DNA of 64,000 nucleotides from Eledone cirrhosa (Eukaryota), in NCBI GenBank assembly GCA_964016885.1, contig OZ024743.1, positions 139,500,001-139,564,000 on the forward strand. The letters run 5' to 3'. This document shows, one piece after another, positions 25,401 through 37,879 of the stretch (positions are counted from its first letter, which is position 1; each line of letters opens with the position of its first letter). The position numbers and the translations under genes were made by a program. Below the pieces are notes generated by a model. The model saw only the letters and a list, made by a program, of their open reading frames with translations. It did no database searches and was not told where the DNA came from.

Positions 25401-27800
25401 GTGTTTGGTGTTTGGTGCTTGGTGCTTGGTGCTTGGTGTTTGGTGCTTGGTGCTTGGTGCTTGGTGCTTGGTGTTTGGTGTTTGGTGTTTGGTGCTTGGT
25501 GCTTGGTGTTTGGTGCTTGGTGCTTGGTGTTTGGTGTTTGGTGTTTGGTGCTTGGTGCTTGGTGTTTGGTGCTGCGTGCTTGGTGCTGGGTGGTTGGTGT
25601 TTGGTGCTTGGTGCTTGGTGTTTGGTGCTAGGTGCATGGTGCTTGGTGTTTGGTGCTTGGTGCTTGGTGCTTGGTCTTTGGTGTTTGGTGTTTAGTGCTT
25701 GGTGCTTGGTGCTTGGTGCTTGGTGCTTGGTGCTTGGTCCTTGGTGTTTGGTGCTTGGTGCTTGGTGTTTGGTGTTTGGTGCTTGGTGCTTGGTGCTTCG
25801 TGTTTGGTGTTTGGTGCTTGGTGTCTGGAGCTTGGTGTTTGGTGTTTGGTGCTTGGTGTTTGGTGTTTGGTGCTTGGTGCTTGGTGTTTGTTGCTTGGTG
25901 CTTGGTGTTTGTACTTGGTCTTTGGTGCTTGGTGTTTGGTGCTTGGTTCTTGGTGTTTGGTGCTTGGTGTTTGGAGCTTGGTGCTTGGTGTTTGGTGCTT
26001 GGTGCTTGGTGTTTGTACTTGGTGCTTGGTGCTTGGTGTTTGGTGCTTGGTTCTTGGTGTTTGGTGCTTGGTGTTTGGAGCTTGATGCTTGGTGTTTGGT
26101 GCTTGGTGCTTGGTGTTTGGTGTTTGGTGCTTGGTGCTAGGTGTTTGGTGCTTGGTGCTTGGTGTTTGGTGTTTGGTTCTTGGTGCTTGGTATTTTGTGC
26201 TTTGTGCTTGCTGCTTGGTGTTTGGTGCTTGGTGATTGATGCTTGGTGTTTGGTGCTTGGTGCTTGGTGTTTGGTTTTTGGTGCTAGGTGCTTGGTGCTT
26301 GGTGTTTGGTGCTTGGTGTTTGGTGTTTGGTGCTTGGTGCTTGGGGCTTGGTGTTTGGTACTTGGTGCTTGGTGCTTGGTGTTTGGTGCTTGGTGCTTGG
26401 TGTTTGGTGTTTGGTGTTTGGTGCTTGGTGCTTGGTGTTTGGTGCTTGGTGCTTGGTGCTGGGTGGTTGGTGTTTGGTGCTTGGTGCTTGGTGTTTGGTG
26501 CTTGGTGCATGGTGCTTGGTGTTTGGTGCTTGGTGCTTGGTGCTTGGTCTTTGGTGTTTGGTGTTTAGTGCTTGGTGCTTGGTGCTTGGTGCTTGGTTCA
26601 TTGTGATTAGTGTTTGGTGGTTGGTCCTTGGGGTTTGGTGTTTGGTGCTTGGTGCTTGGTGTTTGGTGCTGGGTACTTGGTGTTTGGTGCTTGGTGTTTG
26701 CTGTTTGCTGTTTGGTGTTTTTGGTGTTTGCTGTTTGCTGTTTGGTGTCTGCTTTTTGGTGTTTGGTGTTTGCTCTATGGTGTTTGCTGTTTCATGTTTG
26801 GTGTTTGCTGTTTGGTGTTTGGTGTTTGCTGTTTGGCGTTTGGTCTTTGGTGCTTGGTGTTTGGTGTTTGGTGCTTGGTGCTTGGTGCTTGGTGTTTGGT
26901 GTTTGGTGTTTGGTGCTTGGTGCCTGGTGCTTGTAGTTTGGTGATTGGTGCTTGGTGTTTGCTGTTTGGTGTTTGGTGTTTGGTGTTTGCTGTTTGGTGT
27001 TTGGTGCTTGGTGCTTGGTGCTTGGTGTTTGGTGCTTGGTGCTTGGTGTTTGGTGTTTGGTGCTTGGTGTTTGGTGCTTGGTGCCTGGTGCTTGTTGTTT
27101 GGTGCTTGGTGTTTGGTGTTTGGTGTTTGGTGCTTGTTGTTTGGTGCTTGGTGTTTGGTGTTTGGTGCTTGGTGCTTGGTGTTTGGTGTTTGATGCTTGG
27201 TGCTTGGTGCTTGGTGTTTGGTGTTTGCTGCTTGGTGTCTGGTGCTTGGTGCTGGGTGCTTGGTGTTTGGTGCTTGGTGATTGGTGCTTGGTCTTTGGTG
27301 CTGGGTGCTTGGTGTTTGGTGTTTGATGCTTGGTGTTTGATGCTTGGTGCTTGGTGCTTGGTGTTTGGTGCTTGATGCTTGGTGTTTGTACTTTGTGCTT
27401 GGTGCTTGGTGTTTTGTGCTTGGTTCTTGGTGTTTGGTGCTTGGTGTTTCGTGCTTGGTGCTTGGTGTTTGGTGCTTGGTGCTTGGTGTTTGGTGCTTGG
27501 TGTTTGGTGCTTGGTGTTTGGTGCTTGGTGTTAGGTGTTTGGTGCTTGGTGTTTGGTGTTTGGTGCTTCATGCTTGGTGCTTGGTGTTTGGTGCTTGGTG
27601 CTTGGTGTTTGGTGCTTGGTGCCTGGTGCATGGTGTTTGGTGCTTGATGCTTGGTGATTGGTGTTTGCTGTTAGGTGTTTGGTGCTTGGTGCTTGGTGTT
27701 TTTGTCCTTGGTGCTTGGTGTTTGGTGTTTGGTGCCTGGTGATTGTTGGTTGGTGTATGGTGCTTGGTGCTTGGTGTTTGGTGCTAGGTGCGTGGTGCTT
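19500..27800. repeat. Zone II: about three tandem copies of a 2.5-2.7 kb higher-order unit
   Basis: Private marker CATTGTGATTAGTGTTTGGTGGTTGGTCCTTGGGG near 21443, 23912 and 26599. ORF-track matches at 21454/23923/26610 (offsets 2469, 2687) and 22446/25132 (offset 2686). Confidence 0.88.
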
Positions 27801-28599
27801 GGTGCTTGGTGTTTGGTGCTTGGTGTTTGGTGCTTGGCACTTGGGGTTTGGTGTTTGGTGCTTGGTGCTTGGTGCTTGGTGTTTGGTGCTCGGTGCTTGG
27901 TGTTTGGTGTTTGGTGCTTGGTGTTTGGTGCTTGGTGCTTGGTGCTGGGTGATTGGTGTTTGGTGCTTGGTGCTTGGTGTTTGGTGTTTGGTGCTTGGTG
28001 CTTGGTGCTTGGTGTTTGGTGCTTGGTGCTTGGTGCTTGGTCTTTGGTGCTTGGTGTTTGGTGTTTGTTGTTTGGTGCTTGGTGTTTGGTGCTTGGTGCT
28101 TGGTGATTAGTGTTTGGTGCTTGCTGCTTGGGGTTTGGTGTTTGGTGCTTGGTGCTTGGTGTTTGGTGCTTGGTGCTTGGTGTTTGGTGCTTGGTGTTTG
28201 TTTTTTGCTGTTTGGTGTTTGGTGTTTGGTGTTTGCTGTTTGCTGTTTCGTGTTTATTGTTTGCTGTTTGGTGTTTGGTGTTTGGTGTTTGCTGTTTCCT
28301 GTTTGGTCTTTAGTCTTTGGTGCTTGGTGTTTGGTGCTTGGTGCTTGGTGTTTGGTATTTGGTGCTTGGTGTTTGGTGCTTGGTGCTTGGTACTTGTTGT
28401 TTGGTGATTGGTGCTTGGTGCTTGGTGTTTGGTGTTTGGTGCTTGGGGCTTGGTGTTTGGTGCTGCGTGCTTGGTGATTGGTGCTTGGTGCTTGGTGTTT
28501 TGTGTTTGGTGTTTGATGCTTGGTGTTTGGTGTTTGGTGCTTGGTGCTTGGTGTTTGGTGTTTGATGCTTGGTGCTTCATGCTTGGTGCTTGGTGCTTG

Positions 28600-29145
28600 G
28601 TGTTTGGTGTTTGGTGCTTGGTGCTTGGTGTTTGTACTTGTTGCTTGGTGCTTGGTGTTTGGTGCTTGGTTTTTGGTGCTTGGTGTTTGGTGTTTGCTGT
28701 TTGCTGTTTGGTGCTTGGTGTTTGCTGTTTGGTGTTTGTTGTTTGGTGTTTGCTGTTTGGTGTTTGCTGTTTGGTGTTTGGTGCTTGCTGTTTGGTGCTT
28801 GGTGTTTGGTGCTTGGTGCTTAGTGTTTGGTGTTTGGTGTTTGGTGCTTGGTGCTTGGGGCTTGGTGTTTGGTGCTTGGTGCTTGGTGCTTGGTGCTTGG
28901 TGGATGGTGCTTGGTGCTTGGTGTTTGGTGCTTGGTGCTTGGTGTTTGTACTTGTTGCTTGGTGCTTGGTGTTTGGTGCTTGGTTTTTGGTGCTTGGTGT
29001 TTGGTGTTTGCTGTTTGCTGTTTGGTGCTTGGTGTTTGCTGTTTGGTGTTTGTTGTTTGGTGTTTGCTGTTTGGTGTTTGCTGTTTGGTGTTTGGTGCTT
29101 GCTGTTTGGTGCTTGGTGTTTGGTGCTTGGTGCTTAGTGTTTGGT
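28600..29145. repeat. Local tandem duplication, offset 314 bp (45 units minus 1 bp)
   Basis: TTGTAC-TTGTTGC near 28632 and 28946, and TTAGTGT near 28820 and 29134, with the same order of TTGCTGT/TTGTTGT variants between them. Confidence 0.85.
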
Positions 29146-29319
29146 GTTTGCGGTTTGCTGTTTGGTGTTTGGTGCTTGGTGCTTGGTGCTTGGTGTTTGG
29201 TGTTTGGTGCTTGGTGTTTGGTGTTTGGTTCTTGGTGCTTGGATTTTGGTGCTTGGTGCCTGGTGCTTGGTGTTTGGTGTTTGATGCTTGGTGCTTGATG
29301 CTTGGTGCTTGGTGTTTGG

Positions 29320-32300
29320 TGCTTGGTGCTTGGTGTTTGTACTTGTTACTTGGTGCTTGGTGTCTGGTGTTTGGTGCTTGGTGTCTGGTGTTTTGTGCTT
29401 GGTGTTTGGTGTTTGGTGCTTGGTGCTTGGTGTTTGGTGTTTGGTGCTTGGTGCTTGGTGTTTGGTGTTTAGTGCTTGGTGTTTGGTGTTTGGTGCTTGG
29501 TGCTTGGTGTTTGTTGCTTGGTACTTGGTGCATGGTGTTTGGTGCTGGGTGCTTGGTGTTTGGTGCTTGGTGTTTGGTGCTTGGTGCTTGGTGTTTGGTG
29601 TTTGGTGCTTGATGCTTGGTGCTTGGTGTTTGGTGCTTGGTGTTTGTACTTGGTGCTTGGTGCTTGGTGTTTTGTGCTTAGTTCTTGGTGTTTGGTGTTT
29701 GGTGCTTGGTGCTTGGTGCTTGGTGTTAGGTGTTTGGCGCTTGGTGCTTGGTGTTAGGTGTTTGGTGCTTTCAGCTTGCTGCTTGGTGTTTGGTGCTTGG
29801 TCATTGGTGCTTGGTGTTTGGTGCTTGGTGCTTGGTGTTTGCTGTTTGGTGCTAGATGCTTGGTGCTTGGTGTTTGGTGTTTGGTGTTTGGTGTTTGGTG
29901 CTTCGTGCTTGGGGTTTGGTGTTTGGTGCTTGGTGCTTGGTGCTTGGTCTTTGGTGCTTGGTGCTTGGTGTTTGGTGTTTCGTGTTTGGTGCTTGGTGCT
30001 TGGTGTTTGGTGCTTGGTGCTTGGTGCTGGGTGGTTGGTATTTGGTGCTTGGTGCTTGGTGTTTGGTGCTTGGTGCTTGGTGCTTGGTGTTTGGTGCTTG
30101 GTGCTTGGTGCTTGGTCTTTGGTGCTTGGTGTTTGGTGTTTGGTGCTTGGTGCTTGGTGCTTGGTGTTTGGTGCTTGGTGATTAGTGTTTGGTGCTTGGT
30201 GCTTGGGGTTTGGTGTTTGGTGCTTGGTGCTTGGTGTTTGGTGCTTGGTACTTGGTGTTTGGTGCTTGGTGTTTGGTGTTTGCTGTTTGGTGTTTGGTGT
30301 TTGGTGTTTGGTGTTTGCTGTTTGGTGTCTGCTTTTTGGTGTTTGGTGTTTGCTGTATGGTGTTTGCTGTTTCGTGTTTGGTGTTTGCTGTTTGGTGTTT
30401 GGTGTTTGCTGTTAGGTGTTTGGTCTTTGGTGCTTGGTGTTTGGTGCTTGGTGTTTGGTGTTTGGTGCTTGGTGCTTGGTGTTTGGTGTTTGGTGCTTGG
30501 TGCTTGGTGCTTGGTGTTTGGTGTTTGGTGCTTGGTGTTTGGTGTTTGGTGTTTGGTGCTTGGTGTTTGGTGTTTGGTGCCTGGTGTTTGGTGTTTATTG
30601 CTTGTTGCTTGGTGCTTGGTGCTTGGTGTTTGGTGTTTGGTGCTTGGTGCTTGGTGTTTGGTGCTTGGTGCTTGGTGTTTGTACTTGGTGCTTGGTGCTT
30701 GGTGTTTGGTGCTTGGTTCTTGGTGTTTGGTGCTTGGTGTTTGGTGCTTGGTGCTTGGTGTTTGGTGCTTGGTGCTTGGTGCTTGGTGTTAGGTGTTTGG
30801 TGCTTGGTGCTTGGTGTTTGGTGTTTGGTTCTTGGTGCTTGGTATTTGGTGCTTGGTGCTTGCTGCTTGGTGTTTGGTGCTTGGTGATTGATGCTTGGTG
30901 TTTGGTGCTTGGTGCTTGGTGTTTGGTTTTTGGTGCTAGGTGCTTGGTGCTTGGTGTTTGGTGCTTGGTGTTTGGTGTTTGGTGCTTGGTGCTTGGTGTT
31001 TGGTACTTGGTGCTTGGTGCTTGGTGTTTGGTGCTTGGTGTTTGGTGTTTGGTGCTTGGTGCTTGGTGTTTGGTACTTGGTGCTTGGTGCTTGGTGTTTG
31101 GTGCTTGGTGCTTGGTGTTTGGTGTTTGGTGTTTGGTGCCTGGTGCTTGGTGTTTGGTGCTTGGTGCTTGGTGTTTGTACTTGTTACTTGGTGCTTGGTG
31201 TCTGGTGTTTGGTGCTTGGTGTCTGGTGTTTTGTGCTTGGTGTTTGGTGTTTGGTGCTTGGTGCTTGTTGTTTGGTGTTTGGTGCTTGGTGCTTGGTGTT
31301 TGGTGTTTAGTGCTTGGTGTTTGGTGTTTGTTGCTTGGTGCTTGGTGTTTGTTGCTTGGTACTTGGTGCATGGTGTTTGGTGCTGGGTGCTTGGTGTTTG
31401 GTGCTTGGTGTTTGGTGCTTGGTGCTTGGTGTTTGGTGTTTGGTGTTTGATGCTTGGTGCTTGGTGTTTGGTGCTTGGTGTTTGTACTTGGTGCTTGGTG
31501 CTTGGTGTTTTGTGCTTAGTTCTTGGTGTTTGGTGTTTGGTGCTTGGTGCTTGGTGCTTGGTGTTAGGTGTTTGGTGCTTGGTGCTTGGTGTTTGGTGTT
31601 TGGTCCTTGGTGCTTCGTGTTTAGTGCTTGGTGCTTGGTGTTTGTTGTTTGGTGCTTTCTGCTTGCTGCTTGGTGTTTGGTGCTTGGTCATTGGTGCTTG
31701 GTGTTTGGTGCTTGGTGCTTGGTGTTTGCTGTTTGGTGCTAGATGCTTGGTGCTTGGTGTTTGGTGTTTGGTGTTTGGTGTTTGGTGCTTCGTGCTTGGG
31801 TTTGGTGTTTGGTACTTGGTGCTTGGTGCTTGGTCTTTGGTGCTTGGTGCTTGGTGTTTGGTGTTTCGTGTTTGGTGCTTGGTGCTTGGTGTTTGGTGCT
31901 TGGTGCTTGGTGCTGGGTGGTTGGTATTTGGTGCTTGGTGCTTGGTGTTTGGTGCTTGGTGCTTGGTGCTTGGTGTTTGGTGCTTGGTGCTTGGTGCTTG
32001 GTCTTTGGTGCTTGGTGTTTGGTGTTTGGTGCTTGGTGCTTGGTGCTTGGTGTTTGGTGCTTGGTGATTAGTGTTTGGTGCTTGGTGCTTGGGGTTTGGT
32101 GTTTGGTGCTTGGTGCTTGGTGTTTGGTGCTTGGTACTTGGTGTTTGGTGCTTGGTGTTTGGTGTTTGCTGTTTGGTGTTTGGTGTTTGGTGTTTGCTGT
32201 TTGGTGTCAGCTTTTTGGTGTTTGGTGTTTGCTGTATGGTGTTTGCTGTTTCGTGTTTGGTGTTTGCTGTTAGGTGTTTGGTCTTTGGTGCTTGGTGTTT

Positions 32301-33000
32301 GGTGCTTGGTGTTTGGTGTTTGGTGCTTGGTGCTTGGTGTTTGGTGTTTGGTGCTTGGTGCTTGGTGCTTGGTGTTTGGTGTTTGGTGCTTGGTGTTTGG
32401 TGTTTGGTGTTTGGTGCTTGGTGTTTGGTGTTTGGTGGCTGGTGTTTGGTGTTTATTGCTTGTTGCTTGGTGCTTGGTGCTTGGTGTTTGGTGTTTGGTG
32501 CTTGGTGCTTGGTGTTTGGTGCTTGGTGCTTGGTGTTTGTACTTGGTGCTTGGTGCTTGGTGTTTGGTGCTTGGTTCTTGGTGTTTGGTGCTTGGTGTTT
32601 GGTGCTTGGTGCTTGGTGTTTGGTGCTTGGTGCTTGGTGTTTGGTGTTTGGTGCTTGGTGCTTGGTGCTTGGTGTTAGGTGTTTGGTGCTTGGTGCTTGG
32701 TGTTTGGTGTTTGGTTCTTGGTGCTTGGTATTTGGTGCTTGGTGCTTGCTGCTTGGTGTTTGGTGCTTGGTGATTGATGCTTGGTGTTGGGTGCTTGGTG
32801 CTTGGTGTTTGGTTTTTGGTGCTAGGTGCTTGGTGCTTGGTGTTTGGTGCTTGGTGTTTGGTGTTTGGTGCTTGGTGCTTGGTGTTTGGTACTTGGTGCT
32901 TGGTGCTTGGTGTTTGGTGCTTGGTGCTTGGTGTTTGGTGTTTGGTGTTTGGTGCTTGGTGCTTGGTGTTTGGTGCTTGGTGCTTGGTGCTGGGTGGTTG
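29320..33000. repeat. Tandem duplication, offset ~1886 bp
   Basis: ORF-track matches at 30185/32071, 30189/32075 and 30888/32774. Shared private markers TTGTACTTGTTAC, GCTTAGTTC, GGTCATTGG and TTTATTGC. Confidence 0.85.
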
Positions 33001-33459
33001 GTGTTTGGTGCTTGGTGCTTGGTGTTTGGTGCTAGGTGCATGGTGCTTGGTGTTTGGTGCTTGGTGCTTGGTGCTTGGTCTTTGGTGTTTGGTGTTTAGT
33101 GCTTGGTGCTTGGTGCTTGGTGCTTGGTGCTTGGTCCTTGGTGTTTGGTGCTTGGTGCTTGGTGTTTGGTGTTTGGTGCTTGGTGCTTGGTGCTTTGTGT
33201 TTGGTGTTTGGTGCTTGGTGTCTGGAGCTTGGTGTTTGGTGTTTGGTGCTTGGTGTTTGGTGTTTGGTGCTTGGTGCTTGGTGTTTGGTGCTTGGTGCTT
33301 GGTGTTTGTACTTGGTGCTTGGTGCTTGGTGTTTGGTGCTTGGTTCTTGGTGTTTGGTGCTTGGTGTTTGGAGCTTGGTGCTTGGTGTTTGGTGCTTGGT
33401 GCTTGGTGTTTGTACTTGGTGCTTGGTGCTTGGTGTTTGGTGCTTGGTTCTTGGTGTTT

Positions 33460-36400
33460 GGTGCTTGGTGTTTGGAGCTTGGTGCTTGGTGTTTGGTGCT
33501 TGGTGCTTGGTGTTTGGTGTTTGGTGCTTGGTGCTAGGTGTTTGGTGCTTGGTGCTTGGTGTTTGGTGTTTGGTTCTTGGTGCTTGGTATTTGGTGCTTG
33601 GTGTTTGCTGTTTGGTGCTAGATGCTTGGTGCTTGGTGTTTGGTGTTTGGTGTTTGGTGTTTGGTGCTTCGTGCTTGGGGTTTGGTGTTTGGTGCTTGGT
33701 GCTTGGTGCTTGGTCTTTGGTGCTTGGTGCTTGGTGTTTGGTGTTTCGTGTTTGGTGCTTGGTGTTTGGTGCTTGGTGCTTGGTGCTGGGTGGTTGGTAT
33801 TTGGTGCTTGGTGCTTGGTGTTTGGTGCTTGGTGCTTGGTGCTTGGTGTTTGGTGCTTGGTGCTTGGTGTTTGTTGTTTGGTGCTTTCTGCTTGCTGCTT
33901 GGTGTTTGGTGCTTGGTTATTGGTGCTTGGTGTTTGGTGCTTGGTGCTTGGTGTTTGCTGTTTGGTGCTAGATGCTTGGTGCTTGGTGTTTGGTGTTTGG
34001 TGTTTGGTGTTTGGTGCTTCGTGCTTGGGGTTTGGTGTTTGGTGCTTGGTGCTTGGTGCTTGGTCTTTGGTGCTTGGTGCTTGGTGTTTGGTGTTTCGTG
34101 TTTGGTGCTTGGTGCTTGGTGTTTGGTGCTTGGTGCTTGGTGCTTGGTGTTTGGTGCTTGGTGCTTGGTGCTTGGTCTTTGGTGCTTGGTGTTTGGTGTT
34201 TGGTGCTAGGTGCTTGGTGCTTGGTGTTTGGTGCTTGGTGTTTGGTGCTTGGTGTTTGGTGTTTGCTGTTTGGTGTTTGGTGTTTGGTGTTTGGTGTTTG
34301 CTGTTTGGTGTCTGCTTTTTGGTGTTTGGTGTTTGCTGTATGGTGTTTGCTCTTTCGTGTTTGGTGTTTGCTCTTTGGTGTTTGGTGTTTGCTGTTAGGT
34401 GTTTGGTCTTTGGTGCTTGGTGTTTGGTGCTTGGTGTTTGGTGTTTGGTGCTTGGTGCTTGGTGTTTGGTGTTTGGTGCTTGGTGCTTGGTGCTTGGTGT
34501 TTGGTGTTTGGTGCTTGGTGTTTGGTGTTTGGTGTTTGGTGCTTGGTGTTTGGTGTTTGGTGCCTGGTGTTTGGTGTTTATTGCTTGTTGCTTGGTGCTT
34601 GGTGCTTGGTGTTTGGTGTTTGGTGCTTGGTGCTTGGTGCTTGGTGTTTCGTGTTTGGTGCTGGGTGCTTGGTGTTTGGTGTTTGGTGTTATATGCTTGG
34701 TGTTTGATGCTTGGTGCTTGGTGCTTGGTGTTAGGTGTTTGGTGCTTGGTGTTTGATGCTTGGTGTTTGATGCTTGGTGCTTGGTACTAGGTGTTTGGTG
34801 CTTGGTGCTTGGTGTTTGTACTTGGTGCTTGGTGCTTGGTTCTTGGTGTTTGGTGCTTGGTGCTTGGTGCTTGGTGCTTTGTGTTTGGTGCTTGGTGTTT
34901 GGTGCTTGGTGTTTGGTGCTTGGTGCCTGCTGCTTGGTGCTTGGTGTTTGGTGCTTGGTGTTTGGGGCTTGGTGTTAGGTGTTTGGTGCTTGGTGCTTGG
35001 TGTTTGGTGTTTGGTGCTTGGTGTTTGGTGCTTGGTGCTTGGTGTTTGGTGTTTGGTCCTTGGTGTTTGGTGCTTGGTACTTGGTGCTTGGTGCTTGGTG
35101 TTATGTGTTTGGTGCTTGGTGCTTGGTGTTTGGTTTTTGGTGCTTGGTGTTTGGTGCTTGGTGTTTGGTGTTTGGTGCTAGGTGCTTGGTGCTTGGTGTT
35201 TGGTGCTTGGTGCTTGGTGTTTGGTGTTTGGTGTTTGGTGCTTGGTGCTTGGTGTTTGGTGCTTGGTGCTTGGTGCTGGGTGGTTGGTGTTTGGTGCTTG
35301 GTGTTTGGTGCTGGGTGCTTGGTGTTTGGTGCTTGGTGTTTGGTGCTTGGTGTTTGGTGCTTGGTGTTTGGAGCTTGGTGCTTGGTGTTTGGTGCTTGGT
35401 GCTTGGTGTTTGGTGTTTGGTGCTTGGTGCTAGGTGTTTGGTGCTTGGTGCTTGGTGTTTGGTGTTTGGTTCTTGGTGCTTGGTATTTGGTGCTTGGTGT
35501 TTGCTGTTTGGTGCTAGATGCTTGGTGCTTGGTGTTTGGTGTTTGGTGTTTGGTGTTTGGTGCTTCGTGCTTGGGGTTTGGTGTTTGGTGCTTGGTGCTT
35601 GGTGCTTGGTCTTTGGTGCTTGGTGCTTGGTGTTTGGTGTTTCGTGTTTGGTGCTTGGTGTTTGGTGCTTGGTGCTTGGTGCTGGGTGGTTGGTATTTGG
35701 TGCTTGGTGCTTGGTGTTTGGTGCTTGGTGCTTGGTGCTTGGTGTTTGGTGCTTGGTGCTTGGTGTTTGTTGTTTGGTGCTTTCTGCTTGCTGCTTGGTG
35801 TTTGGTGCTTGGTCATTGGTGCTTGGTGTTTGGTGCTTGGTGCTTGGTGTTTGCTGTTTGGTGCTAGATGCTTGGTGCTTGGTGTTTGGTGTTTGGTGTT
35901 TGGTGTTTGGTGCTTCGTGCTTGGGGTTTGGTGTTTGGTGCTTGGTGCTTGGTGCTTGGTCTTTGGTGCTTGGTGCTTGGTGTTTGGTGTTTCGTGTTTG
36001 GTGCTTGGTGCTTGGTGTTTGGTGCTTGGTGCTTGGTGCTTGGTGTTTGGTGCTTGGTGCTTGGTGCTTGGTCTTTGGTGCTTGGTGTTTGGTGTTTGGT
36101 GCTTGGTGCTTGGTGCTTGGTGTTTGGTGCTTGGTGTTTGGTGCTTGGTGTTTGGTGTTTGCTGTTTGGTGTTTGGTGTTTGGTGTTTGGTGTTTGCTGT
36201 TTGGTGTCTGCTTTTTGGTGTTTGGTGTTTGCTGTATGGTGTTTGCTCTTTCGTGTTTGGTGTTTGCTCTTTGGTGTTTGGTGTTTGCTGTTAGGTGTTT
36301 GGTCTTTGGTGCTTGGTGTTTGGTGCTTGGTGTTTGGTGTTTGGTGCTTGGTGCTTGGTGTTTGGTGTTTGGTGCTTGGTGCTTGGTGCTTGGTGTTTGG

Positions 36401-37290
36401 TGTTTGGTGCTTGGTGTTTGGTGTTTGGTGTTTGGTGCTTGGTGTTTGGTGTTTGGTGCCTGGTGTTTGGTGTTTATTGCTTGTTGCTTGGTGCTTGGTG
36501 CTTGGTGTTTGGTGTTTGGTGCTTGGGGTTTGGTGCTGGGTGCTTGGTGTTTGGTGCTTGGTGCTTGGTGCTTGGTGCTTGGTGTTTCGTGTTTGGTGCT
36601 GGGTGCTTGGTGTTTGGTGTTTGGTGTTATATGCTTGGTGTTTGATGCTTGGTGCTTGGTGCTTGGTGTTAGGTGTTTGGTGCTTGGTGTTTGATGCTTG
36701 GTGTTTGATGCTTGGTGCTTGGTACTAGGTGTTTGGTGCTTGGTGCTTGGTGTTTGTACTTGGTGCTTGGTGCTTGGTTCTTGGTGTTTGGTGCTTGGTG
36801 CTTGGTGCTTGGTGCTTTGTGTTTGGTGCTTGGTGTTTGGTGCTTGGTGTTTGGTGCTTGGTGCCTGCTGCTTGGTGCTTGGTGTTTGGTGCTTGGTGTT
36901 TGGGGCTTGGTGTTAGGTGTTTGGTGCTTGGTGCTTGGTGTTTGGTGTTTGGTGCTTGGTGTTTGGTGCTTGGTGCTTGGTGTTTGGTGTTTGGTCCTTG
37001 GTGTTTGGTGCTTGGTACTTGGTGCTTGGTGCTTGGTGTTATGTGTTTGGTGCTTGGTGCTTGGTGTTTGGTTTTTGGTGCTTGGTGTTTGGTGCTTGGT
37101 GTTTGGTGTTTGGTGCTAGGTGCTTGGTGCTTGGTGTTTGGTGCTTGGTGCTTGGTGTTTGGTGTTTGGTGTTTGGTGCTTGGTGCTTGGTGTTTGGTGC
37201 TTGGTGCTTGGTGCTGGGTGGTTGGTGTTTGGTGCTTGGTGTTTGGTGCTGGGTGCTTGGTGTTTGGTGCTTGGTGTTTGGTGCTTGGTG
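33460..37290. repeat. Tandem duplication, offset 1896 bp then 1938 bp; each copy contains an internal 350-bp duplication
   Basis: ORF-track matches at 33622/35518, 33972/35868 and 34399/36295 (offset 1896), then 34760/36698 and 35182/37120 (offset 1938). GCTAGATGC recurs 350 bp apart within each copy. Confidence 0.88.
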
Positions 37291-37879
37291 TTTGGTGTTT
37301 GGTGCTTGGTGCTTGGTGTTTGGTGCTTGGTTCTTGGTGTTTGGTGCTTGGTGCTTAGTGTTTGGTGCTAGATGCTTGGGGTTTGGTGTTTGGTGCTTGG
37401 CGTTTGGTGCTTGGTGCTTGGTGTTTGGTGTTTGGTGTTTGGTGTTTGGTGCTTGGTGCTTGGTATTTGGTGTTTGCTGTTTGCTGTTTGGTGTTTGTTG
37501 TTTGGTGTTTGTTGTTTGGTGTTTGGTGTTTGCTGTTTGGTGTCTGCTTTTTGGTGTTTGGTGTTTGCTGTATGTTGTTTGCTGTTTGGTGTTTGGTGTT
37601 TGGTATTTGGTGTTTGGTGCTTGGTGCTTGGTGTTTGGTGCTTGGTGCTTGGTGTTTGGTGCCTGGTGCTTGGTGCTTGGTTTTTGGTGTTTGGTGCTTG
37701 GTGCTTGGTGCTTGGAGTTTGGTGTTTGGTGCTTGTTGCTTGGTGTCTTGTGTTTGGTGTTTGGTTTTTGGTGCTAGGTGCTTGGTGCTTGGTCCTTGGT
37801 GTTTGATGCTGGGTGCTTTGTGTTTGGTGCTTGGTGCTTCGTGCTTGGTGTTTGGTGTTTGCTGTTTGGTGTTTGGTGC

